Assembly (NCBI GenBank): GCA_028534125.1
Contig: CM052817.1
Location: forward strand, 96,350,001 to 96,414,000
Length of the DNA: 64,000 nucleotides
Source of the DNA: Lama glama
Lineage: Eukaryota
Direction: 5' to 3'
Shown here: positions 36,311-50,049 of the stretch, piece by piece
How the letters are laid out: every line of letters starts with the position of its first letter
How positions within the stretch are numbered: the first letter of the stretch is position 1
Notes under the pieces: model-generated
What the model saw: only the letters and a program-made list of their open reading frames with translations
Database searches by the model: none
What the model was told of the DNA's origin: nothing
Made by a program: the position numbers and the translations under genes

Positions 36311-37920
36311 AATCAACGTGTTTCCTTTCTCTTCTGACACCCCCACCCCCCATCACTCTCTCCCACCAATGGCAACATTTGTGAGTGAACCCAAAGCGCT
36401 TGGGTCCTCCAAAAGAATTTGTATTTGTTCCCATTCCTCTCACATTCTTGTTTACTCTTCAAATGCATGACACATTAGTCCCTTGTCAAATAAAAGAAAA
36501 TTAAGTTATAGAATTCTAAACTAATGTTATGTTTTATATGCAAGATCTTGCTGCCTTCTTCATAATCTTCCAAGACAGGGTCATAGCAGAATGCTTACTT
36601 ATCTTCCTTCTGAGGAATTCAGCACCCTTTATCTATTTTATAATCTGTAGAGCCTTCCTGAGAGATGCGTTTATAGGCAGAAGGGCTGGCCAAAGGAGAA
36701 ACTCTGAAGAGTCGCAAAGTTGATTTCCTGTGTCCACAGTATCCCCTTGCTGTTCTCGTGCCCACACTTGGTATCACTCCATCCTTCCCTGCAGGGTCTG
36801 TGACCTCATACTCCACCCCGTCCAACCAGACCTTTCACACCATCACCTCTTCTCCTGAGGTGCACTGTAGGATAACAGGCTTTGTCTCCACCACAATGAT
36901 TGCAGACAGTGCAGAACGGCCACTTAGGGGCTGGGAGAGAAAGGGCAGATTTGAGGGAAGCGGGTTCAGTGCCTTCCTCCTCTGCACAAGCTCAAGCCTG
37001 TCTCTGTGGCAAGGATTTCTATTCATCTGCCTAACGCAGGGCTGTCTCCATCCTGCCTTTCACACTGTAAACTAGCACCTCGGAGCCGGGGGCAGTCTTC
37101 CTTCGCGTCCCATTCATTCGTAACACATCCACTTCCTGTGACAAAACTACCCTCCAGCATTTTCCAACCACCCTTTAAATAGGATGTGGTGCTGGACCCG
37201 CCTTGAACTTTGGTTATGAGGAAAACAGAAACTTCTGATTTTAAATGTGTATTTCATTTTCCTTGAAATGCAATTTCAATTTGATGAATTTATGCTATAA
37301 GGCTTCATTTATATGGCTTTGATTTTTTTTCACGCAGTGAAGAAAATATATATAATAGTTAATAAAAAATGATAGATAGACAGACAAACAGATAGATAAT
37401 ATGATCTTTACCTTTGCCCCCTCAGTGCAGACATAAAAGTGAGTATTTGTAACCTGAGACAGCACTGGATGTGATGAGTCGGAGCAGACCTGTGCATGAC
37501 CCATGCCATTTTCTTCGTAATGTCCATCATTTTTGCCTTTATTTATGAAGCCAGGTTAATGGTTGCAATTAATGAACAATTGAAATGTTTTGCTTAAAAC
37601 CTATAGTTTGTGGAAGCAGACAAATTAACTCATACTATGTAACCTATTCATGTTTCTGAATGATTTATGACTGGTGTATAAATAGTGTCAGATTGATATA
37701 TAAATTTTAGTTTAAATCTAGAAGCGCATCCCTATGATTAATGTATTGAAATAAGAAAAATGTTCTGGTGCCCATGTCTCATTCTAATATGTTAGTTATA
37801 TAGATAGAATATGAATCAGAAGAAATTGTTTTAGATGTAAACAGGAAAAACAATGCATTGAATAAAAGATGACACCTGAAATACTATTTTGGAGTTCCTT
37901 AGAGAAAAATGCTACATTTA

Positions 37921-37967
37921 TATTATTATTATTATTATTATTATTATCATTATTATCATTATTATTA
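37921..37967. repeat. (TAT)n microsatellite
   Basis: Seen directly in the sequence. Confidence 0.95.
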
Positions 37968-40602
37968 ATTTATGACCATCTCAGCTATGGTATACTATAT
38001 TATCACCTGAAATATATTTAAGTCAGCCTTTCCCACACATTATAAAACACTTCTGTGTTCATGTACCTTAGGATGCCAAATAAGAACAGTCTGTCTCAAT
38101 ATTAATTACTACAACATTCTTATTATGTCACTTGTGGAATTTTAAAACTCCTTGTAATCACTTCAAAGTCCCAGGTCCAGGGGCCTGACTTAATTTGCAT
38201 GCTAGGCACAATTTATTTCTAACAGAAACTAGCCTATAATAAACGGATGTTTCATGGCATCTGATAAAAAGTTTACATTTTCAAAAGAAGTGGGGCTGAT
38301 GTTTCATAAGCTTGAGAATAAAAATTGAATCCCTTAAATCTTGACTTCTCAATTTAAATTTGAGTGGGTTTAGACTCTTAACTCTAGCAGCAGTTACAGA
38401 AACCTCATTTCCGTGGTCACCTCCCTACTCCCATCCTCTGTTGCTCTTGCAACAAGGAGTTAAAATTTAACCCTCTGGGCAGATGTGCGGATTAACTAGT
38501 TAGCTAAACCAAGCACACCTGGTTACTACTGATGAAGGCGGCTGCGGCGGGCGGGCAGCCTCTGGTACTCAGCACCATCCCGTAGTTTCCCATCTCTTTC
38601 ACAAATAGAATCGCCTTTGATCCTCACAATCGCCCCCACAAAGACAGCAGCGGGATTATCATCTGTGTGAAGGAATGAATGAACAGAGGGCTCACTTATA
38701 GCTCATCAATGACGGACCGGAGAGCGTTAAATCAGAACAAAGAACTTCCGCGTGATAGCGGCAATCTACGTTTATGTATTTCAGACTGTCACTTAACGTT
38801 ATTAATTAAGAGACTGTTAAAGTTACCCCGCTCCCACACTTCCATGGGTTGCTTCTTTGCTCTTCCTGAGACTGTGGAGATGGAGATTTAATCAAAAGAC
38901 CTTAAAATGAGCGCCTTGTCAGAGCACAAACATTTTGAAATCCCAATGAAAATGCAGTTTAATGCATCCAGTTAAATTGCCTGAGAGGAAATAGTGAATA
39001 CAGCTTTCTTAAAGCCTTTCCCCTCAGGCCATTAACTAAGAAACTGGTCACTAACTGCTGGTAACAACCCATTTTGGAGGGATTATTGCTATTATTGGCA
39101 TTCTGTGGTTTATGGCAACATTTTGTTAAAGGCATTAGAAAATGATGGTGCAGCTGGACTTGGGGCTTCAGAGAAATCAGTTGCTTCCCTTGTGGTTAAT
39201 AGCCTTTTTTTTTTTTTTAATTCCGATCTAAATGTACCGAGGCTGAGCTCACTGCTGAGTTTATTACCTACTACATTTCTTGTTGCTCTAAGAAATATGC
39301 TTTACACCGGAGTCAGCATTCAAATCAATGGCGCAAAAATATAGCACTTATTGTTAGTAAAATTGAATCATGCTGAAAAGGCTGAATGAATGCTCGATTT
39401 AAACTAGATGTTAGAAATCATTGCACTTGCCACGAGCGCTTTCTGGCTGATAACACAGCCCTGCGCTATTCCCTTCCAGTGATTAATTGTTAGCTGGAGC
39501 AAGCGTATATACATCGCCAAATGCAGAATAATAACCAAAGTTATATTATTGATTTCCCATAACTCTAAGTTGAACCTCTGTACCTAGGGAGGGACCCGCT
39601 CTCTGTGGGTCATAGCTGCCTGCTGCTCACTCTACACTCTGATCATTCCGTTTACTAAAAACAGAATTAGAAAGGAGGCAGCCCCGGTGAAGGGCAGACA
39701 AACATCACACAATGAAAGAGAAGTTCTCAAGAGTTTCAAGAATATTTCTTTTGTTCACGTCAAATGGCAGAAACAAGTCAGGGCGCAGACAGCTTGAAAC
39801 TCTAAGGTATATTAGTAAGATCGAATGCGGGTTACAAATATGTTCTTTGCATGGGAGACATGTTTTTTGCCTTTTTGGGGTCCGTTTTTCCTCCCATCTT
39901 TTAATTACAAAAAAGAGGGAAGATCAGAACGTTATCATTAGCTCAGCTTCTTAGCGAACCTGACTTTTCTCAAGAAATTTACATCTTTCCCTCATTTTCT
40001 GTTAAGGTTTCTTCCTCTGTTTTCTCACCTAAAGAATTATAATGAGGTAGAGTGAATGAGATCTATGGGGAGAGCAGTGGACCCAGAGACTAAAGGTAAA
40101 AGGATGATTGATGGTATGAAATTACCATAAAAGTACAATCAGGATCAGATTTTAAAATGAATTTTTAAGCAGCCTAAGAGATACTCTTTGATTTGCAGTC
40201 TGGTGGAATGGATAATGTCTCATTCAGTGGATAAAGTTTCTCACTGTGTGACTTGAGCTTTTTCTGATCTTTCTGACTGGGAGTAAAATGGAACCAAAGC
40301 CTAAAGTGGTTTTTAATGCAGAAAATATCAAACACAATATTCTTAATGTCAAAACCTGGGCATAGCAGGTGAGGAAAGAAAAATAAATAGAAGAATATTA
40401 CTGTTAGGATTATTGTATTAGGCACTCCTTTACTGACAAATGGGGTTAAAACATGCATTTTTCAAGGGCAAATTTGTTTATACATTGAAAAAAATTAAAG
40501 TTATGGCTGATGTCAGATTTTAATCTAAGGTGTGTAAACTGCTTTGACTAAAATATTAAAGCAAAATGCATTTCATTGCCATATGTTTTCTCACTGTTTT
40601 TT

Positions 40603-40737
40603 TAAAACATTTTTTATTGAGTTATAGTCATTTTACAATGTTGTGTCAAATTCCAGTGTAGAGCACAACTTTTCAGTTCTACGTGAACATACATACATTC
40701 ATTGTCACATTCTCTTTCGCTGCGAGCCACTACAAGA
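40603..40737 (-). mobile_element. Short 5'-truncated L1 3' end
   Basis: Antisense 3' terminus 'aacattttttattgagttatagtcattttacaatgttgtg'. TSD ttctcactg(t/c)ttttt at 40588 and 40738. Confidence 0.88.
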
Positions 40738-40769
40738 TTCTCACTGCTTTTTAAAAAATGTAAGTACTC

Positions 40770-41170
40770 TTTTTATTTTAGAATAATTTAGATTTACAGG
40801 AAAGTTGCAAAGATATTACCAAAAGTCCCTGTATACCCCTCACCTGGTTTCTTCTGTCATGAACATGTTATATTACTATCCGAGTTGCCAGATTTAGCTC
40901 ATAAAGTACAAGACAGCCAGTTAAATTTGAATTTTAGGTAAACAACAAATCATTTTTTAGTATAATATGTTCCTTAGCTTACCCTAATTGCTATTACACA
41001 TTTGTCACAACTAAGGTACCAATATTGGTTAACTAAGGTCTATGTTTTGTTCAGATTTCACTAATTTCTCCCAATGTTCTTTTCTGTTCTGGGATCCTAC
41101 TCAGTATATATCATTACAATCAGTCTTCATGTCTTCACAGTTCCTCGGGTCTGTAACAGTTTTTCAGACT
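40770..41170 (-). mobile_element. Old L1M 3' end carrying a nested MER53
   Basis: 'tttagaataatttagatttacaggaaagttgcaaagat...tataccc' and 'ttcagatttcactaatttctcccaatgttcttttctgttctgggatcc'. Confidence 0.7.
40881..40973 (+). mobile_element. MER53 (hAT MITE), partial
   Basis: 'gttgccagatttagc...acagccagttaaatttgaatttta ggtaaacaacaaat...ttttttagtataa' matches the recalled MER53 arm. Confidence 0.75.
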
Positions 41171-41258
41171 TGCCATTTGTTTTCAAACATAGTACAAAAT
41201 GAGCTAATATAGTCATTGATAATCCGATAGTGTTAATCAACACTTATGTACTTAGATC

Positions 41259-41460
41259 TTTTTTTAATTGCACAGTCAGTTACCATGTGTCAATTTCTGA
41301 TATACAGCACAATGTCCCAGTCATGCATGTACATACATATATTTGTTTTCATATTCTTTTTCATTAAAGGTTATTACAAGATACTGAATATAGTTCCCTG
41401 TACTACACAGAACAAACTTGTTTGTTTTTTAAATCTATCTTTCTATATACGTGTGTATAT
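41259..41460 (-). mobile_element. 5'-truncated L1 3'UTR
   Basis: Highly similar to 56445-56730, and antisense to the 3'UTR of the plus-strand copies ('gttattacaagatactgaatatagttccctgt'). Confidence 0.85.
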
Positions 41461-43949
41461 ATATAAATCTTTTTTAATTAATTAATTCCAAAAATATGTT
41501 TAACTTAGAAATCATTTTAATCATGGCCAATGCTCTCGACAGAAAATTATAAAACAATAACAAATTCTAATTTTAAATCAGGAATTTTTATTTTTAGCAC
41601 TAGAAAAAAAACTGCTAGCAACTTATAAACATGGCTAGGCTCATTGTTGGATTGGAAATATTGTGTTCTATCAAATATTAAAGTTATCATGGTCCTTGAA
41701 TATAAAAATAATTACTCAAATCTTTCAAGTTATGTGCTCCTATTTCACTCAGTTTAAACTTTTATTTCCTCAATATTTTCTATAGAATATGCATCCTTCA
41801 AATAACAGATTTTTAAATGATGTTAATTCATTTTTGCTGTAAACTTTCTTCATAGCCATAAATATGAGAGTTGATTTTTTTCAGAATTTTCCCAAGGAGG
41901 TTAAAAATAAAAAAAAAAAGGGCTGTGGGGTTAATCAACCTAGCAGAAAATATTTGAAGCTTGCAGCTTTATAATTGAGGTTGATCTTCATTAGGTCCAA
42001 ATTTCCTGCTTTAAAACTGTTAAACATTGTGGGAATCTTTAACATTTCAGACAGTTGCTGCTTGTGACAGTTTCCATATCTTCCCCCCTGCTGACAGTTC
42101 CTATAATGACTTTAATCATTGAGTCTGGAAACGGAACTGGTTATCCAATAGCAACAAACTCAATGGTCAATGTCTATGTCACTTTTCTGGGAGCAGGACT
42201 TTCTGAGCATCAAGGAGCTGATACTCAGAGCCTCCTGGAAAAGTGCTAAGTGCATTAACTCTCTGTCAATCACATCTGTAACACGCAGGCCAAATTACTC
42301 CTCTTTGGCTCAAGACGTTCCATTGAAACTTATTTGTGTGGTAGCCATTATCTGTGTTCCGTAGATAACTAATGATGATTGTTTATGGAAAGGTGCCTGT
42401 CCAATTATTTTTGAAGAAACACAAGAATGCAGAATGACTGGAAGCATCAGGTTTTTGCCAGAGAATGCCTCAGGTAAGAGGAGAATGGCTAGAGGCTATA
42501 AGGAATCACAAGAGACAAGTCAGAGTCGTAAATTGGGAAGCTGACATATCTCATCTAATATACTTGCTAACTAGGCCTTTAAAAACCTTGACATTTAAGT
42601 AAGTTTGGGGAAAAGTTATGGGTTTTTGTCCTTTCCTATTGGCTCCAGCTCATTAATCCAGTGAATTAAGGTGTTTATCATCGTTACCGATGTTAGCAGA
42701 TCACGAAGGCGACTGTTTAGGGAGGCGTCTGGCGGCGGAGTGGCTGTTTACGCAGCCTGTGCCTCTTTCAAAGTCAAGTCAGTCAAAAGTGAGACTTCAA
42801 GTTATTTACCCTTTTGGTACTTCAGGGCTTGAAATGGCATGAAAAGGAGCTTTTCATTTGGCAGAGGTATTTAAATAAAGCTTTTCGAAAGGCTGATGTG
42901 TTTGGAAGACGGTGGGCGCTTTATGTAAATAACTTCCCGGGGATTTTAAGAAAATAGGAAAGAAATGCAAACTTTCCAGGGAATGCCGTCTACTTCAGTA
43001 TCTGATTTTGATCGGATTTATATTATTTGAGGGCATAGCCATGGCCCATGGCAAGATCATCTTTGGCTTTATATGTTAATGTTCCTCAGGTAGGTTTAAC
43101 TTTCCATACATTAAACTCTGGAAGCATTAGAAAGCAAGACAAAATATAGATCATTTACCATCAGAAAGCAGCAGTTTCCCAAAAAGGCAGAAGGAGAAAT
43201 GCCGTTCACAAAGCAAGTAGTAAAACAGTTGAGCATTTTATTCAGGATTTCATTAAATATTTGTTAAAAGGAACTTCTTTCCACTGAAATGCTTCAAAAG
43301 GAGGTGTTGGCATTTGCTTTCATCAAACAATTGCCATCAAAATCAAACCAAAACACTCTCCTCCTTTTTTTGTTTTTTATATATAATTGCAAGGCTCATG
43401 TTTTTAATGTATTTACATAAAGTGGATGATTAAGACATCTAGAGACACTTTAGAAAATGCTGAACTGAGACTACCTAACAATGAATGTGTGAAAATTGTT
43501 ACTTAGAATCCCTAAGAAACTATTTTAACTCTTTTTTCAAGTTATTAAAAACCATATATGTATGTTTCCTTTTTCACCATTTATCTATGAACTATGAGAG
43601 TCATCTCTTAAAAATTTTTTAAATAAAGATGAAAAGGCTTTACTACTTGCTTCTAGAATTACTATTGACAATTTGTACTGCTTATAAATTTTCTGTTCCT
43701 ATGAAAAATAATTCAAAACATACATTTTAAGGGACATCATCAAATTACGTATACCAGTTTGTTCTTTTTTGGTTAATTCTTGTCAACAATAGAGCAAGCC
43801 AATATTCATTTAGCATTTTGCATGAACTTAGCAGAAGAGTAAATTCTTTGGAGAAAACATAAAAAAAGTTTAAGGAATGGTCCTTACCTTCAAGGGAGTT
43901 CTAATTTTATGTGGAAGGCAAGTCCAACACATATAGAAACAAAAAACAT

Positions 43950-44095
43950 GGGAGCGGGAGGGTACAGCTCAGTGGTAGGGTGCATGCTTAGCATGCATGA
44001 GGTCTTGGGTTCAATCCCCAGTACCGCCTCTAAAAATAAACCTAATTACCTCCCCTCACCAAAATAAAATAATTAAATAATACAATAATGTTTTT
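43950..44095 (+). mobile_element. tRNA-Ala-derived SINE (vic-1-like, long form)
   Basis: 'gggagggtacagctcagtggtagggtgcatgcttagcatgcatgaggtcttgggttcaatccccagtacc' followed by 'aataaacctaattacctcccc' and an A-rich tail. Confidence 0.9.
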
Positions 44096-44936
44096 AAAAG
44101 CATAGAGGAACAAAGTAAGATGATATGTAGTGATTAATAAAAATCTTTTGTAATAAATAATAGAACACCATGTTATGTAGTTTAAGAAAAATAAAAAGGA
44201 GTGCTTATGGAAGTGCACACAAGGATGGTCTCCGTGGATGGAGCAGTCAAGGAAGGTCTTTGTAGAGAACCTAAGGTTGAGGGGTGAGTGCTGTGTTGTC
44301 CATGAGTGATAAATCAGCAGTGGCATGCTTTGAAAATATGGTTTTCGCCTTTATTTGGTGACTGGTCTGTAGGTATAGACCTGGAGACTGATGCTTACAC
44401 AGCTAAACAGCCCACCCCTAAGCTAGAAAGCAAACTAGACACAGTGGTAATTAGTGACATGGCTAAGGAGCTCATAAGGGTTGTAAGTTATCCTTGACCA
44501 AGAGGGTAGCCCTGGATGAGGGAATGTGTAGTAGACAGTGTGTGCTCTGTGCACAGGTGCCTACCACCTTTGGCCAGTTATTTAAAGTTTCTAAACCTGA
44601 GTTTCTTTGTCTGTTACGTGAACCTCATAATAGTTCCAATCTCATCCATTTTTGAGCTTAGTAAATGACAAAAGGCACACTAATAACACCTATTCCATAA
44701 GACGCTGGTGAGAATTCACGGGGAGTAACATGCACAGTGGAGGCTGGGAGCAGAGACTGGCTGGTGTCAGGGAGGGTACCGCAGCATGTCTTAGCCTCAT
44801 GTCTGTGAGGGGCTGTGCTGGACAGGCTGAGGCTGAATTTGGACATCTCTGTGTGTATCTCAAATGTGAGGAACAGGAAGTCACTCAGAAATCAGCCAAT
44901 ATCCTGATGTTGTTCTGTTGTGTTTTTATGCATTGC

Positions 44937-44958
44937 GTGTGTGTGTGTGTGTGTGTGT
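44937..44958. repeat. (GT)11 microsatellite
   Basis: Seen directly in the sequence. Confidence 0.9.
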
Positions 44959-46491
44959 GGCAAGGGGTGCTTAGGGAAAGGCCCTGGGGGTAGGTAAACA
45001 AGAGCCCAAGGATTAGGTTTTAGATAATACAGAATAATTGTCTAGAACTGAAGAAGAAAAAAGTTTGGAGTCAGAGTACAAGACACATCTGCAAGGAAGT
45101 CTCATTGTCAACACGGGCTGGCCTCTGCAACATGGTGGGAGAGAAGGGGCTGGAAGATCAGTACACGGTGGGGGCTTGTGCCTCAGAGGGGCTCGAGTCC
45201 AAGGACTCTGAAAGCAATTATATCTAGTAACCAGTTTTAAGTCCTCTGTGGGCTATTCCAGTCTATTCCCCAAAGCGGCCACGAGTCTCGCTAAAACGTT
45301 ACAGGTCAACCTCCCCTATCACAGAAGGGAAACAGGGGACCCATCTGAGCCTCCTCCACTTGAGACAACCCTGTGCCAGGGAGGACAGCAGCTGCTGCCT
45401 GAGTGAGACAAGTCTTGGGGGCAGGAAAAGGAGTCCAGAAAAAGCCCAGGAGTGGCCCAGACCCAGACCAACACGGCAGAGAGAGGCAGGTTTGGGGATG
45501 GGAGGAAGTTCCTAGAGTTTGAAGAAATTCATGGAAAAGAAACTGGTAAAGATGCTGGACATCTGAGAGTGACAAGGAATAGAGACCTGGATTGTTGTGA
45601 TCTGGGTATTTCTGGGAGGTGTGATCTTATAATCTGCTGATGTATGGAGTACCTGGGTTACACAGGACTTTTGTGAGGTTGAAATGAGATAACAAATGAA
45701 AAGTCTTTGCATAACATCTAGCTCTGAATAGGCTCATGATTAATAACTGTTACAGCTGATGTTATTGATGATGAAATATCACTTAAGGGATTCTGTAAGG
45801 GCCTTGGAACAGAAGGTCACATAAGGTGTTCTCCTTAAGGAAGTGCTGTAGGTAGCCAGACTCTTACATCCCCAGACCCTAAATGGCACCACTGTGTGCA
45901 CAGCCAGACCAAGACATGACTAGAAGGCCATTTTCCACTTGTCACTTTTCCAAACATGGACAAGACCATAGGCACCCAGAAGTATAATTTTCTAAAAATG
46001 ACAAATCACAAACCATTCAACAGAACTATTGCAGAAGGTCATGAGTCTGTGGGAGCAGGTGCAAGCCCCAAATGGTGAGTGCTCTGAGGCAGTGGGAGCT
46101 CGTTCATTTTTCTTTCATAAGACCACCAGACCCTGCATTGAGCAGGTGGGTAGCCTAATAAATTCCATCATAATTTTCATGCCTTAATTTTTCTGTGCGA
46201 CTTCTTAAGCTGAAAGAGGGAGGTAGCCATTTGACAAAAAACACCAGCTCCAGGGAAGCCTGTGTTGGGAATGGTCTTCTGTGTCCAAAGACATCTCCTT
46301 ACGAGATGAACAGTGGCCCTGGATCCCTGGAGCTGTGGTGAAGAGAGGGCTGGGGCTTGGCAGGTGACAGAGGCAGTACTGGTGACAGAAATCTCACATA
46401 AAACAGAAGGCAGAGTTGATTTAGAGTTGGATGGCTAAGACACAGCACCAGCTTCTCAATGTGTTACCCACATCTGTTTTACCAGCAAGAA

Positions 46492-46506
46492 GCAGTAGGT
46501 GGCAGT
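46492..46506 (+). promoter_or_regulatory. Candidate CTCF core motif
   Basis: GCAGTAGGTGGCAGT versus CCASYAGRKGGCRSY: one mismatch, at the first position. Confidence 0.4.
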
Positions 46507-46714
46507 GTCCCCAAACATCAGGGTGGCCTAGGTCAGGCGGGGGAACTGAACTAGCTGGGCCAGAATATAGGAAGCAGTCTTATAATCCTAACAACTAGCA
46601 TTTATCAAGAAATATTTATAGACAAGTTCTATGTAAAGTTCTTAAATGAATTAACTCATTTAACCTCACAACAATTGTATTTAATAGGTAATATCATCAT
46701 CCAAGGTACACTTT

Positions 46715-47030
46715 GGCCTCAGGGCCTTTGCACCTGCATTTTTCTACAAAAGAAACCAATTACATGCATGGCTTATTCTTCACTGCATTCAGACCTTTGG
46801 TCAAATGTCACCTTCTAAGGGAAGACTGTTCTGATGACTCCATCTAAACACTCTTCATTCTCTTACCACACTTTATGTTTCTGCATTGCTCTTATCTTTT
46901 TGACCGTATAGGTTTACTTGTGCATTGTCTATTTCCACTCTAGAATTTAAGTTCCATGGCAGCAGGGAACTTAGTCAGTTTGCTTATGGCTTTATCTTAA
47001 GCCTCCCAAATAGTACCCTACCCAGAGAAG
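46715..47030 (+). mobile_element. LINE-2 3' fragment
   Basis: 'cctcagggcctttgcacctgc', 'tcaaatgtcaccttct' and 'ctagaatttaagttccatggcagcaggga'. Confidence 0.8.
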
Positions 47031-48351
47031 CAGCGCTATCACAGACTTGGGAGTGGTTAGAAAGAGACTCAGAGACTGAAGTTCAAACAACCCTTCCATG
47101 AGGGGATACCCAGTGGGCTAAGACCTCAGGCTTGGATAAGGCAAAGGGGTGGGACAGGGCAACTCCACAGCGTATAGTTTGCGGTGATCAGAGGAAAAAG
47201 TCAAAGCTGAGACATCAATTTAAAACCTGGTGGACAGCAGAGGCTGGACATGAGACAACAGAAGAGAAACCAGGTATTCCAGGACAGAGCAGGAGCACTC
47301 AGAACACAGGGCAAGAAGTAGAGTCTAGGGTCGTCCACTGAGCTGTGGGGCATCGTCACCATCCCTTCCATTGCCCGCTCTTGGCCTTGGTGAGGAGAGA
47401 GGCGGTCAGCTTAGGTAACATCAATGTTATGGAGAGTGGGCTCTAATAAACTTGGGGAAAAAAGAAAAATAAACTGAGTATCGCCGTTTTTTAAATCCCA
47501 GAAGCTCAAAACATTTTGTGGATTTTCCTTCTGGTCACTACCTTCTTTCATTAACTCAACAATTATGTATTCAGAGCCCACCATCCCAGGTGCCAAAGTA
47601 ATTTATGGCTGAGGTGAACCCACCAAACCACAGTGTTGCTGTTTTTTTCCTCAGTGTTTCTTATGTGACAGTTTCAAGGAGAAAAACTTGCTTGTCAAAT
47701 ATCCACAAACTATTATCCTGTTCTGTGAAGACATATTCCTCTTAATATTTAAAGTTTTTTTTTGATAGAAAATGATGTTTTTGACTTGCTAGATACTCAG
47801 CATAAAAAAAATTTGAGAAGTTAACGTGAGACTGAGTTTATACATACTGGAAAGGCAGTCATTTTTGCTCAGATGTTGCCTACAAGTCCATCAATCCAGT
47901 CTAGACCTACTAATGTGTGTATTTCTAAAGAAATGACTATTCCAAACTCACTCAAAGCACTTTTTCAGGTTTATAAGCTGATTTCCCTGAAGCCCCCCTT
48001 TTTTTTTTCATCTTGTTCTTTTTGTGTGGTTGCCATTTTGAATCTCTTATTGTAACTGAGCTGAATGAATCAAAACACTCTATCAAATGCTGATTCTCCA
48101 TCAGTGTCAAATATGTCAACATGGCTTCACAATCAAAGGACAGGGAGTTTCAAATAAAGGAGGTGAAGGTTAATCCCTCACACTGGAGGATGACTATTAA
48201 TAGGCTTACGCATACCTAGGCCGACAGGTGAGAACAAACATGAATGAATACAACTTGAATTTGCAGTGGTGACAATTATTCATTCCAGGCAATTTGTCTC
48301 AGAAAATTTAACCAAAAAGGGTCAGGCATTTGAATCAAGAGAATATATAGA

Positions 48352-48458
48352 GGGGGATGGGTATAGCTCAGTGGTAGAGCGCGTGCTTAGCATGCATAAG
48401 GTCCCATGTTCAATCCCCAGTACCTCCACTAAAAAAAAAATAAAGTAAAAATTAAAAA
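48352..48458 (+). mobile_element. tRNA-Ala(AGC)-derived SINE, short form
   Basis: tRNA-like body followed directly by an A-rich tail. TSD aagagaatatatagag (48337-48352) / aagagaatatatggag (48459-48474). Confidence 0.92.
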
Positions 48459-50049
48459 AAGAGAATATATGGAGACCAAAGCTGGAAATAAATAAATATA
48501 AATAAATAAATTTATTTTATAATTTAAAAAGTAGAGGCCAAGAAGCAATTGGGAACTCCAGCTCTGACTCACTTAGAAAGACTCAAAGGTGGCCACAGGG
48601 TATCTGGTAGACCAAGGAGATGAGATCAAGGTTGATTTCACTGATATATACCACCAGCAAGCATTTTTTAGGTGTTCAGAGGGTCACATATATGTACTTA
48701 GTCATTTTAATTGAAGCATGTTAATATTGACAATGACAAATATGTGAGAACTCTCCCCCAGCACTTTCCACTTAATATACGTCTCAAATGCGCTAAATAA
48801 AATCAAGTCGTCTGAAAGAGGAAGCTTATTTTTTAAATAAATTTCTCATTAAGGATATTACATGGGTTAAACTTCATGTTTTATAATATAATAAAGTTTA
48901 CATTGTACTCTCCGTGCCTCCTGCCCCCATGAAGTTACTGCAGTAAGTTATTCTCTCTTGATTGACTGTCCCAATACGAGTCAGAGGCAAATCCTGTTGA
49001 AGCCACATTACAATCTAACACACTAATCTTATTAACCTTTATAATCCCCCTTTACCACCGAAAAAAGGATGTCATAAACAGGCTAAATGGATTTCCAAAA
49101 ATGTTAGAAGATAATATTGGTAAAACCCAGGATAAAATACATTTATCTTCACTTTCAAACCATGAGTATTGACTGCAATGCTAATGTGCATTCTAACACC
49201 AGAACTAAACAAACAGTTTTTATTTTGACCTTGGGCAGAGGTCATGGTTCCCGAAATCTTTTTGATTGACCGAGAAAATCACTCTGGGATCACAAGGCCT
49301 ACATTTTTTCAGGATACCAACTAACCAACCAAAAATAACACGTCTCTCAACGATACACTTTGAATGAACTTGGCCAGATCTCGGACCAGTAATAAAGACA
49401 CAGAATTGTTTGATAAGCACAGGTCATGATTACAGGAAGGAGAAAACAACCGAGGAGCACGTAATGACAACTAAAAGTTTTCATTTTGCAATAAGGGGAA
49501 ATACCATCTAGGTTCCTGCCGAACAGAGTAAGACTGGGAAAAGCAAAAGGGAGGATTATGAGGTCGTCTAAAGTAATGAAAATAGACGTCATTGCTTCAG
49601 GCCAAGTGTTCCTGTTAGATCTGTACAAAGAGCCACCTCTACATTGCCAGTTGAGATGTCTTTCAATAACAGGGCTCCAGGCTGGTCCGGCCCTTTTTTC
49701 TTTCAGCCTGTGTTTTAGGAGGGGCTGTGTGGTCCCTCAGTGGTGTATGAAGTCCCACAGTCCCCCAGGACCCGACTTCTCTCCCTGCTCAGATGCTCTG
49801 TCCCAGCCAGCCCGAGCGCCTCAGGGAGCCCCTTACCCTCACACTTCTGCCAGAAATGACCATTCCTTGAAAGAGTCCACTTCCCTCCAGAAGGTCTAAG
49901 ACTCTGCTATTCCTTCCCAGCCTTCTGAGTTAGTGAATCCTTAAGGAAACGATTATTTTCTGTCCCGGAAACATTCAACCACAAGCAATCTGTCTCCTCC
50001 TCGCTTTGTTTTTGCCGTTGCTAAGCTTCGAGGCTTGCGGTTTAATTTT

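Noticed and set aside
48352..48428. Apparent tRNA-Ala(AGC) gene
   Set aside because: Extra 5' bases, a disrupted T-stem, an A-rich tail and a 16-bp TSD mark it as a SINE copy. The same applies to 29506 and 43950.
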